This document shows, in pieces, positions 9,552-17,988 of a stretch of 49,710 nucleotides of DNA (its first letter is position 1; each line of letters starts with the position of its first letter). The DNA comes from Pyrinomonadaceae bacterium (GTDB taxonomy: Bacteria > Acidobacteriota > Blastocatellia > Pyrinomonadales > Pyrinomonadaceae), in NCBI GenBank assembly GCA_036395055.1, contig DASWDX010000523.1, positions 1 to 49,710 on the forward strand. The letters are read 5' to 3'. The position numbers and the translations under genes are program-made. The notes under the pieces were generated by a model that did not search any database, was not told where the DNA came from, and saw only the letters and a list, made by a program, of their open reading frames with translations.

Positions 9552-10355
9552 TTAGCTGGATCGCGGATCAACGGCAGAGGTTGACTGCTCACCATCCGGA
9601 AGGTTAGAAAGCAGAACGCCGTCACCATCAACCTCCTCTGCCTCTTGCGCCTTCTGCGCGAGCATAAGGTGGTCACGCATGGCGTTACGGGCCGCTTCCG
9701 AATCACGAGCGCGAATTGCGCGGTAGATGTGGCGATGCATCTCAGCCGATTCTTTTAGGTCTTTGGCGCGCTTGACGGTTTTTCTCCGCACGTCGAAGAG
9801 AATCGTCGCCACCATATTCATCAGGGAGGTCAGGATGCGATTTCGCGACGCAGACGCAACCGCCTGGTGGAAGCTCATGTCGTGAACGAGGAACTGTTCG
9901 GGATCATCAAGCGAGGCGTACATGCCGGTTATCTCTTCCGACAACAAAGCCATGTGCTCGCTGGTGGCACGCTCGGCAGCAAGTCCGGCAACCGCCATCT
10001 CCAGTGACTGTCGCGCTTCAAACATCTCAGCGGAAGTGAAACCATGCAACGAAGCCATCAGGCGTAGTGGACTACTGTCCAGGGCCGGCGGACCATCGGA
10101 TTTGACTACGAATGTTCCCGCGCCCTGGCGCGACTCGAGCACCCCCACGGCAGCAAGCGAGCGGATTCCGCCCCTGAGAGTTGGACGACTAACACCGAGG
10201 ATCTTGGCCAGATCTCGCTCGGGCGGCAGCCGGTCACCTGGACGCAATTCTCCTCGATGGATCATTTCTCGGAGCTGCGAGATGACTTCTTCGGCGGTAG
10301 TTCCCCTGTGGGCAGCATCGATCGTCTTGAATTTCTTGCCGTTGGAATCGGTCAT
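9552..10355 (-). CDS. GntR-family transcriptional regulator, FadR subfamily (FCD domain); ExuR/UxuR-like by context
   Basis: The N-terminal wHTH reads GDRLPPERDLAKILGVSRPTLRGGIRSLAAVGVLESRQGAGTFV. The C-terminus is an all-helical FCD-type domain. Confidence 0.9.
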   Translation of the reverse strand: MTDSNGKKFKTIDAAHRGTTAEEVISQLREMIHRGELRPGDRLPPERDLAKILGVSRPTLRGGIRSLAAVGVLESRQGAGTFVVKSDGPPALDSSPLRLMASLHGFTSAEMFEARQSLEMAVAGLAAERATSEHMALLSEEITGMYASLDDPEQFLVHDMSFHQAVASASRNRILTSLMNMVATILFDVRRKTVKRAKDLKESAEMHRHIYRAIRARDSEAARNAMRDHLMLAQKAQEAEEVDGDGVLLSNLPDGEQSTSAVDPRSS

Positions 10356-10508
10356 ACCACTTGCGCCTTTCAGAATTCTTAGTTTACCACAAAGGTCAAT
10401 CTTGCATCAGGAGTCTCCCCACATGTGGCGGCAGATCTCAAACCTTCAATCCGTCAAGTACCGTTTCAACAGGTCGCCCCGCGCGAGAATCTTAACAAAG
10501 CTCGTCGA

Positions 10509-10521
10509 AAGGTATGACCAT
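10509..10521. promoter_or_regulatory. Operator-like palindrome AAGGTATGACCAT
   Basis: GGT-N3-ACC site in the gntR/GH105 divergent region, 31 nt upstream of the TTG start I favour for GH105. Confidence 0.35.
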
Positions 10522-10551
10522 TCCGTGTACGCTTCATTATCAGGTGGTGAG

Positions 10552-12528
10552 TTGCGACAGGCGTCTCTCTTTGCAATTGGTCGCGCCGCCAGCGTGAAAC
10601 TGCTTTTGAGTTTGCTTACCGCTTCCCTTTTGTTGTCTCTCCTCTTCGGAACGTCGCCGGTTCAGGCGCAAAGGACCCCGCTGTCAGAACAGATGGCGTC
10701 CATGGTCATGACACGTTGGAAGGATTCCTGGGAGATTCAACCGGGTGGGTCTGAAAAATGGAGTTACGATCAAGGAGTTGTTCTGAAAGGAATGGAAGGC
10801 GTCTGGCTGAACACGGCCGACGGCAGGTATTTTCGATTTATTCAACAGAGCATTGATCGCTTCGTTAGAGACGATGGCACGATCCGTACGTTTGAACTCA
10901 AGGAATACAACATTGATCATATCAATAACGGAAAGATCCTGCTGCTGCTCTACAGCGTGACCGGCCAGGAAAAATACCGAAAGGCAGCGGCCCTGCTGCG
11001 CGAACAACTAAGGACTCACCCGCGCACATCAGAGGGCGGCTTCTGGCATAAGCAGATATATCCATCTCAAATGTGGCTGGACGGGCTCTATATGGGTGAA
11101 CCGTTCTATGCCGAATACGCCGCAGCCTTTCACGAAGATGCGGCCTTCGACGACATCGCGCGGCAGTTCGTGCTGATGGAACTTCATTCAAGAGACGCAA
11201 AGAGCGGGCTGCTCTATCACGCCTGGGATGAATCCCGAAAGCAGCGCTGGGCGAATCCCATCACCGGACGCTCGCCCAATTTTTGGGGACGAGCCATGGG
11301 TTGGTATGCCATGGCGCTCGTAGATACGCTGGATTATTTCCCGCAAAACCATCCGCAGCGAGGCGCGCTTATTGGAATACTGAAACGGCTCGCCGTCGCC
11401 GTTCAAAAATATCAGGAACCGAAATCGGGTCTCTGGTACGAAGTGCTCGACCAGGGTAGCCGGAAAGGAAATTACCTTGAAGCATCCGTCTCCTGCATGT
11501 TCGTTTACGCTTTAGCCAAAGGTGTTCGCAAGGGTTATCTCCCAGATTCTTATCTCGCGGCCGCTCGGAAAGGTTATAGAGGAATTGTCAGCCGGTTCAT
11601 TAAAACAGACGGCGAGGGGCAAGTAAATCTTGAGGGCACAGTCAGCGTCGGAGGATTGGGCGGAAATCCTTATCGCGATGGAAGTTATGAATACTACCTG
11701 AGTGAAAAAGTCGTCACTAACGATCCGAAAGGCGTCGGAGCCTTCCTGATGGCGAGCAATGAGATGGAGATCGCAGCTCATCTACCCGCGGGTCGCGGCA
11801 AGACTGTGACGCTGGATTCTTACTTCAATAACGAACTCAAGAAAGACGCAACCGGACGCGTCACTCGCTGGCACTATAAGTGGGAGGAAATGACAAACAG
11901 CGGTTTCTACTTCTGGGGAAACGTATTCAGGAACCTCGGTGCCAAGACCCAATCTTTGGTGGATGGTCCCACCGTTGCGAACTTGAAGAAGACCGACATC
12001 TACATAATCGTCGACCCCGACACCGGGGCGGAGACTAAACATCCAAATTTTATCGAGGCGCAGCATGTCAAAGCCATCACTGAATGGGTGAAGGACGGAG
12101 GCGTGCTCGTGTTGATGGGTAATGATGCGGGCAATGCGGAATTCGATCACTTCAATCAGTTGGCAAAGCACTTTGGTGTTCATTTCAACCAGGACAGCAA
12201 GAACCGCGTGCAGGGAAACGATTTTGCGACAGGCAGCGTTGTGGTTGAAAAAGGCCACGCGATTTTCAAGAACGCCAGGCAGCTTTATCTGAAAGAGATT
12301 TCCACGCTCTCGCTCGCACCGCCGGCTGGATCTGTCATGCGGCACAGGAGCGACGTAATTATGGCGGTGGCCCGGCTGGGTAGGGGCACCGTCTTTGCCG
12401 TCGGCGATCCCTGGCTATACAACGAATATGTGGACGGAAGAAAGCTGCCGGCGGAGTTTGAAAACTTCAAAGCATCTCAGGACCTTGCGAGGTGGTTGAT
12501 ACTGCAAGCGGCGGCGAGAAAGAACTGA
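10552..12528 (+). CDS. GH105 unsaturated rhamnogalacturonyl/glucuronyl hydrolase fused to a ~270-aa C-terminal DUF4350/GATase1-like domain; secreted
   Basis: GH105 core: PRTSEGGFWHKQIYPSQMWLDGLYMGEPFYA, LYHAWDES, FWGRAMGW. Signal peptide: KLLLSLLTASLLLSLLFGTSPVQA. Start choice is TTG 10552, preceded by AGGTG at 5 nt; the alternatives are ATG 10423 and GTG 10594. The 9922 start of the tracked ORF runs antisense through gntR and is rejected. Confidence 0.8.
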   Translation: MRQASLFAIGRAASVKLLLSLLTASLLLSLLFGTSPVQAQRTPLSEQMASMVMTRWKDSWEIQPGGSEKWSYDQGVVLKGMEGVWLNTADGRYFRFIQQSIDRFVRDDGTIRTFELKEYNIDHINNGKILLLLYSVTGQEKYRKAAALLREQLRTHPRTSEGGFWHKQIYPSQMWLDGLYMGEPFYAEYAAAFHEDAAFDDIARQFVLMELHSRDAKSGLLYHAWDESRKQRWANPITGRSPNFWGRAMGWYAMALVDTLDYFPQNHPQRGALIGILKRLAVAVQKYQEPKSGLWYEVLDQGSRKGNYLEASVSCMFVYALAKGVRKGYLPDSYLAAARKGYRGIVSRFIKTDGEGQVNLEGTVSVGGLGGNPYRDGSYEYYLSEKVVTNDPKGVGAFLMASNEMEIAAHLPAGRGKTVTLDSYFNNELKKDATGRVTRWHYKWEEMTNSGFYFWGNVFRNLGAKTQSLVDGPTVANLKKTDIYIIVDPDTGAETKHPNFIEAQHVKAITEWVKDGGVLVLMGNDAGNAEFDHFNQLAKHFGVHFNQDSKNRVQGNDFATGSVVVEKGHAIFKNARQLYLKEISTLSLAPPAGSVMRHRSDVIMAVARLGRGTVFAVGDPWLYNEYVDGRKLPAEFENFKASQDLARWLILQAAARKN

Positions 12529-12589
12529 GCGAATGACCTCTTCCAGGTAGCGGCTCTTTCGAGAACAGACGACGAGAGGATGAATCAAG

Positions 12590-13141
12590 ATGTTCACAAA
12601 GATGAAGTACATTGCCGGGATAGTTTCAGTAACCATCGCTTTGGCAATTAGTTCGCCGGCACAATCGGTTGAACGCGCGCCGAGTAACCCGCTGCGGCCT
12701 TTCGTTGTTATGCCAGCCCAGTCGCTTTCCGATCTGGAGCGGAAACTCCAGTCGGAAAATAAGGCGGAGGACTTGATCGGCGGCGAGGGAATGCAGTTGC
12801 GTGTGGCTGTGCAGCATGACCTGAACCGACCAACCGCTGCGGCCGAACTCCATGACGCCTCCGACGATGTCTACTATGTGTTGGCAGGAACAGCCACGCT
12901 GACGCTTGGCGGAAGACTGGATGCACCACGTGAGATCGAGCCTGGAGAGTGGCGCAGCCCACGTATCAATGGTGGCCAAACATTTCAAATCACCAAAGGC
13001 GATCTCATTGTTGTGCCGCGCGGGACGCCGCACCAGCGCACCGGGAAAGATTTCTCAATGATCCTGATAAAGATATACGCCGCGCCCCTACCGCCGCCCA
13101 AACCGACTGCGCCAAAGGAACAGACTCCGCTGAAGCCATAG
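12590..13141 (+). CDS. Secreted cupin-domain protein
   Basis: Signal peptide MKYIAGIVSVTIALAISSPAQS. Cupin strands YYVLAGTATLTLGG ... GDLIVVPRGTPHQ. GAGAGGA Shine-Dalgarno upstream. Confidence 0.7.
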   Translation: MFTKMKYIAGIVSVTIALAISSPAQSVERAPSNPLRPFVVMPAQSLSDLERKLQSENKAEDLIGGEGMQLRVAVQHDLNRPTAAAELHDASDDVYYVLAGTATLTLGGRLDAPREIEPGEWRSPRINGGQTFQITKGDLIVVPRGTPHQRTGKDFSMILIKIYAAPLPPPKPTAPKEQTPLKP

Positions 13142-13348
13142 TCCCCCAGAATTCTTCGGCGTAAACGTCCAGGCAGGTTTTGCCTGCGGAGCAGGCGTCA
13201 ACGTAAAACTTGGGGGTGAAGCGCAACGAAACCAGGTTGCGAACGAAAGCCAGAATCATCAGCCCGCAGAGCGGGCGAGTTTCTAAAGCATGTGCCCGCG
13301 CGGTTAAACAAAACGGTTTGAAGATATTAGGGCGTGGTCTGCTGGGAG

Positions 13349-14788
13349 CTAAGGCGGCGGTTTTTTCCTGGCCGGTTCGATAGTGACATTCTTGAACGAA
13401 ACCGAGCCGGCGTGATTCATCACTTCTGCCGCTTCAACTCCGCGGAAAGTGCAGTCACTGAAGCGCACGTTCTCAATCCTCACGCCGGGAAAACCTACGA
13501 TCCACATAACCCTCGGGCTTGACGTGCTCTGCACCCGTTCGAGTGAGACGTTACGCAAGACAGGCCGGTGTGTGCCTTCGGCCCCAGTATCGTAGAGAAA
13601 ATCAATCGTCAGCACGGCCTCGGCGACCCGTCCGATCATGACGTCGCGCATGAAGACGTTTTCGATCAAGCCACCGCGCCGGGCGTTTGACTTGAAGCGC
13701 AGCGCGCGGTCGAGATTAGGGCTGTCCATCCGGCAGTTTTCAACGAAAACGTTGCGACAGTCACCTGAGATTTCACTCCCGATAACCACGCCGCCATGCC
13801 CATCTTTCATACTGCAGTTGCGGACAATGATGTTCTCCGAAGAAACATGCAGACGCCGTCCGTCGGCGTCTCGGCCGCTTTTGATGGCAATGCAGTCATC
13901 TCCCGTGTCGAAAACGCAGTCCTCGATAAGCACATCGCGGCTCGACTCAGGGTCGCACCCGTCGTTGTTGGGACCGTGGCTGTCGACGGTAACGCCACGC
14001 ACGGTGACGTTGGTGGAGAGCACTGGATGAATCTCCCACATCGGTGAATTGATGATCCGCACACCCGCAATCAGAATGTTCCTGCTGCGGTAAGGCTGAA
14101 TGAAACTGTTTCGCAGATAATGCCCGGCGCCAAACACGCGTTCCTCCACGCGCACTCCTCGGTCTCCCATTTCGCGCAACTTTGTGATGTCCGCCCTTGC
14201 CGGTGGATCTCCTCCGTTTGAGGTTCGCCGTGCCCATTTCCACCAGTTATCGCTTGAGGCCGAACCATCGAGGGTCCCACCCCCGGTGACCGCAATGTTC
14301 TCCTGCGCAAAGGCATAGATAAGCGGCGAATAGTTCATGCACTCCGTGCCTTCAAAGCGCGTGTAAACGACGGGCAAATACTTCGCGGGATCGGGGCTGA
14401 ACTTCAGCGTCGCGCCTTCTAAGATGTGGAGATTGACATTGCTTTTGAGACGGATGGCGCCGGTTTGAAAAACGCCGGGCGGCACGACGACGCGTCCACC
14501 ACCGCCCGTGTGGCAGGCCTCGATAGCTTTGCGGATGGCTTCGGTGTTGTCATCGGCTTCGGGACGCGCGCCGTAGTCAGTTATCCGGAAATCGCGCGCG
14601 GGAAATCTGGGGGCCTTGATGCGCACGAGGATCGTGGGCATCGTCTCCCATCCGATCGGGCGGCCGCTTTCAACCACCCCGGGCGCGTGCATTCCCAAAG
14701 CATGATTTGGGTAAGATGACGGCACTACGCCGAGTAGAAAAGCCAACAGTAGTGTTCGGGCGGCGTAGCAATTAATCAGCCGATGCAT
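13349..14788 (-). CDS. GH28 polygalacturonase (exo-/endo- not resolvable)
   Basis: The four GH28 motifs are present: NNDGCDP, GDDCIAIKSG, GHGGVVIGSE and RALRFKS. There is an N-terminal signal sequence. Confidence 0.9.
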   Translation of the reverse strand: MHRLINCYAARTLLLAFLLGVVPSSYPNHALGMHAPGVVESGRPIGWETMPTILVRIKAPRFPARDFRITDYGARPEADDNTEAIRKAIEACHTGGGGRVVVPPGVFQTGAIRLKSNVNLHILEGATLKFSPDPAKYLPVVYTRFEGTECMNYSPLIYAFAQENIAVTGGGTLDGSASSDNWWKWARRTSNGGDPPARADITKLREMGDRGVRVEERVFGAGHYLRNSFIQPYRSRNILIAGVRIINSPMWEIHPVLSTNVTVRGVTVDSHGPNNDGCDPESSRDVLIEDCVFDTGDDCIAIKSGRDADGRRLHVSSENIIVRNCSMKDGHGGVVIGSEISGDCRNVFVENCRMDSPNLDRALRFKSNARRGGLIENVFMRDVMIGRVAEAVLTIDFLYDTGAEGTHRPVLRNVSLERVQSTSSPRVMWIVGFPGVRIENVRFSDCTFRGVEAAEVMNHAGSVSFKNVTIEPARKKPPP

Positions 14789-14890
14789 AGAAGTGTGGTC
14801 CTCGTTTCTTAATCGAGAAGTCAGGAACTGATAAAAAAGTGTGCACTAAACGAATCTCGGATACCTCTCTGGTTCTGCTGATGTTTCGCT

Positions 14891-14930
14891 CCTTTGCGAA
14901 CTTTGCGAATGCTTTGCGAGCTCTGCGATT
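14891..14930. repeat. Four phased direct repeats of TTTGCGA (last copy TCTGCGA), spaced 9-11 bp
   Basis: Read directly: ccTTTGCGAacTTTGCGAatgcTTTGCGAgcTCTGCGAtt, in the divergent GH28 / HExxH-protein intergenic region. Confidence 0.8.
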
Positions 14931-15109
14931 ATGGTTCTGTTTTGCTGCAGGGAAAATAAAGCATTCGTAAAGGACCGCCAGGGATTACTTCGTTTAGCAA
15001 TTTGTTGACTTATCAGCTGGGATGGTTTAGAAAACTTTATCCCCCTTGTCACACGCTCCATGTATATTTTGATGGATGATTGCATCGTTAACTTGAGAGG
15101 GTTTGCCAA

Positions 15110-16054
15110 ATGAGCCAAACGATATCGTCGCGCCTTGGTTTCATTTCGGTTTTGTTAACCTCGCTCGCCTTCCTGTTCCCTCATGCCGGCCAAACTGCTT
15201 ACGAACCATCAACGGGGGACGACCGAGGTCTGGAGAGAGAGCGCGCAGCCCTGCGGTCCGAGTTCTTGCCTGGTTTAGTCGCTCAGTATCACGGCTTGTC
15301 TGCAGCCTCGGACGATTTCGAGGGGACGTTACCCGCAGTCGATAAGGGCGGAATTCGTGAAGAGGTCCCTGAAAAATTCATGGCTCGTTATCAGCAATGG
15401 AAAAAAGAGTTTCTGGCTACCGAAACTGGTCGCCAGCAATGGGCCTCTTATCAAAACAACCCGAACTTTACGCTAACGGTGGTTGTATCTCATGACAATC
15501 CAGAAGGCGGAACCACCGGCAACTACAAGTGGAACGAGGCCGGCAAATTGATCGCGGCAACGATCACGCTCGGTTCTCGTCTAGACGCGGGCGTTCCCAA
15601 CCCAGTCTATTTTCCAGTGATGAATTCGCTGCTGCCCACGGAAAAAGCTCGCAAAGTAGACGGAGAAACTCTGGCGGCAACCAAGATGGCCCACGAGTTT
15701 GGCCATGTGAACCGCACGGCGAAAGGTGACCCGGTTCTCTATCAACTTCAGAGTCAATTGATGCCTCAATACAATCAGATTTTTTTGAGCAACGGTCGTG
15801 ACTCCAGCGATCCGCGCTTGATCGAACTGGTGCGAAGGATGGGTGGCACTCCCGTTGGGATTTGGGAAGATCGTGAATATTGGGGTGAAACAAACGCCAT
15901 GCTCTTTCTTCGCGATCGATTTGCCGAGGACGGCTTCCGTTGTCTGCTCTTTAGTAGAATAAAGCGAAGCGTCGATTTATACGCGCCCGGCTATGAAGAG
16001 CGATTCCTTCACATAGCGCAATCAACACCCTCAGGCCGCCATTGTGGCTGGTAG
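15110..16054 (+). CDS. Secreted hypothetical protein with an HEFGH zinc-metallopeptidase-like motif
   Basis: Signal peptide ...LLTSLAFLFPHAGQTA, a single HExxH (AATKMAHEFGHVN), and a GAGAGGG Shine-Dalgarno. I do not recognise a family. Confidence 0.6.
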   Translation: MSQTISSRLGFISVLLTSLAFLFPHAGQTAYEPSTGDDRGLERERAALRSEFLPGLVAQYHGLSAASDDFEGTLPAVDKGGIREEVPEKFMARYQQWKKEFLATETGRQQWASYQNNPNFTLTVVVSHDNPEGGTTGNYKWNEAGKLIAATITLGSRLDAGVPNPVYFPVMNSLLPTEKARKVDGETLAATKMAHEFGHVNRTAKGDPVLYQLQSQLMPQYNQIFLSNGRDSSDPRLIELVRRMGGTPVGIWEDREYWGETNAMLFLRDRFAEDGFRCLLFSRIKRSVDLYAPGYEERFLHIAQSTPSGRHCGW

Positions 16055-16083
16055 TTTCGGCCGCGGCACTGGTCCCAAGCATC

Positions 16084-17961
16084 TCAGTGTGGGCCCGTAC
16101 GGCCACTCGTTATACCCAGCCTTCCCGAGATCCAGTTGACTACTTTGTTTTTGTAACCCGGATCAGTCGCTTCCCAGCGCGTCATGCCATGCACTCCATC
16201 ATCGATCGTTATCAGATCGCACGACACTCCAACCGCTCGTAGTTTTGCCTGCAACTGGACCGACTGGTTGTAAGGCACACTCATGTCGGCCGTACCGTGG
16301 ACCAGCAGAAACGGCGGCAGGCCCGAGTGAACATAGTTGATCGGCGAAGCTTCGCGCAGGAGTTGAACAGCTTGGGCGTCAACTTCATGAGAGCGCCCGA
16401 AAAGATCTCTCAATGACAGACTAAGGCCGCCGCGCCGCTGAGTGTCGGATTCCAAATCCACCGGAGCATAAAACGGAATTGCTGCCGCGACGCGGGTGTC
16501 ATCCTGAGCTCGCACGACGGCCATCGCCACCAGATGTCCGCCCGCCGACTCACCCAGCAGCGCCACGCGCTGCGGATCGACGTTAAATTCCGAGGCGTGT
16601 TTTTTCAACCAGCGAATCGCCGCTTCGACGTCTTCCACAGATGCCGGATAACGATGCTTCGGAGGAAGTCGATAGTTGATCGAAAACCAGCCAATACCGG
16701 ACTTCGATAAAGGCCCAAAGAGGGGATCAACGCCTGTTGATTTGTCGCCACTGGTCCAGCCACCACCGTGCACGAGAATGACAGCCGGAAACGGGCCCTT
16801 GCCATTCGGCACACAAGCGTCGAGTCGCAGACTCTCTCCGCCGGCGCGACTGTATTCCAGGTCCTTCCTGACGCCGATCTTTGAAGCACAGTCAATTCGG
16901 GAAGAATTCCTTTTCCTTCCAGCGGTCGTATTGGCTACATTAGCCGCGGTCGCAGATGTTTTTTCGCGAGCTTTCGGATTCCACCCATCAACTCCACGCA
17001 AGACTTTCTCGGAAGTGATGCTGCTGGCTTCGGCAGCGGACAATTGTCTGGACCACGACACGCGCGCCGCTTTTTGTCCTCCGGGGCCAGCGCTCTTGAA
17101 CTCGGCGTAACGTGATGTCTTTTCACGGCCCGGCTTATCCCAGTTGTGCCAACCAACTGGCCGGACCACTTCTGACATTTCGGTGTTCAGGAAAATAACG
17201 TTAGCGAAATCCCTCCACGGCCTGCCGAGATACGTGTTCACGTCGGTGCTTTCGCCGGTAATCTTGCAGTGGGAAAAAACAAAGCCGAAGGGCTGTTCGG
17301 TTGGCGTGGAGGCGGCGGTAATGTAGCCGTTGCGCAGGCAGTGGATGTGACAGCTTTCGAAAAACGCGGTCGCGCCGCCGAAGATGAAATCCACGTGTCC
17401 GGCGATGTAGCAACCTTCGAAATAATGACGGCCGCGGTTAGCCAGAATCGTATCCTGCCAACCCAGAAACCGGCAGTTACGAAACGCCACCCGGTCACCT
17501 TCAATGCGAATCGCGAGCGCTTGACCCACTGGGCCGGCGGAATTTTCAAATGTCAGGTTCTCCGCAGTGAAATCATCGGCGTCGATGTATGTTGAAGCGG
17601 TGCGGAAGGTGCCGATGATTTTGCCGTCCGGACCCGGCATGTTTGCGTGCAGGTTGTAAGTCAGAATGGTCTTTGTTGGGTCATCGCCTATCAAACTAAT
17701 GAAGCGCTTCTCGCGCTGCACGTAAATCAGTTCCTTGTAAACACCAGGTTTGACGTGTATCACCCACGGTTTTGTCCGACTGGTTCGCTGTGGCGCGGCG
17801 TTGATTGCATCCTGAAGCGACTTGAATTGGCCGTCACCATTTGGGGCGACCGTGGCGTCGGCAGCGCTCGCCTGGCCCACGCAAACACTGAGCAACATCA
17901 GCAACGCGAACATCAGAGACCTGACCAACTTAGCGATTAGTGTCGTTAGCATGCAATTCAT
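16084..17961 (-). CDS. Bifunctional pectin methylesterase (CE8) / alpha-beta-hydrolase esterase fusion
   Basis: N-terminal half carries the CE8 motifs QALAIRIEGDR, GWQDT and GHVDFIFG. C-terminal half carries the HGGGW oxyanion motif and the GESAGGH nucleophile elbow. Signal peptide present. Confidence 0.9.
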   Translation of the reverse strand: MNCMLTTLIAKLVRSLMFALLMLLSVCVGQASAADATVAPNGDGQFKSLQDAINAAPQRTSRTKPWVIHVKPGVYKELIYVQREKRFISLIGDDPTKTILTYNLHANMPGPDGKIIGTFRTASTYIDADDFTAENLTFENSAGPVGQALAIRIEGDRVAFRNCRFLGWQDTILANRGRHYFEGCYIAGHVDFIFGGATAFFESCHIHCLRNGYITAASTPTEQPFGFVFSHCKITGESTDVNTYLGRPWRDFANVIFLNTEMSEVVRPVGWHNWDKPGREKTSRYAEFKSAGPGGQKAARVSWSRQLSAAEASSITSEKVLRGVDGWNPKAREKTSATAANVANTTAGRKRNSSRIDCASKIGVRKDLEYSRAGGESLRLDACVPNGKGPFPAVILVHGGGWTSGDKSTGVDPLFGPLSKSGIGWFSINYRLPPKHRYPASVEDVEAAIRWLKKHASEFNVDPQRVALLGESAGGHLVAMAVVRAQDDTRVAAAIPFYAPVDLESDTQRRGGLSLSLRDLFGRSHEVDAQAVQLLREASPINYVHSGLPPFLLVHGTADMSVPYNQSVQLQAKLRAVGVSCDLITIDDGVHGMTRWEATDPGYKNKVVNWISGRLGITSGRTGPH

Positions 17962-17988
17962 TTCCGGCGAACATCTTCAGTTCATCGT

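Noticed and set aside
9922-10551. N-terminal 210 codons of the 868-aa ORF (9922-12528)
   Set aside because: This part runs antisense through the GntR gene and has low-complexity Ser/Arg/Pro-rich text. The GH105 similarity and a textbook signal peptide only start after about 10552. It is treated as a non-coding extension.
11782-12345. 187-aa minus-strand ORF
   Set aside because: It is antisense to the C-terminal domain of the GH105 fusion and has no motifs.
13005-13259. 84-aa minus ORF and two short hairpins (GCAGG-tttt-CCTGC, GCCCGC-aga-GCGGGC) between the cupin and GH28 3' ends
   Set aside because: The ORF overlaps the cupin 3' end and has no coding signal. The hairpins are short and lack U-tracts, so they are at best weak bidirectional terminators.
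15005-15033. Candidate promoter TTGACT-17-TAGAAA upstream of the HExxH gene
   Set aside because: The -10 hexamer matches the consensus poorly (3/6), which is not enough to report.
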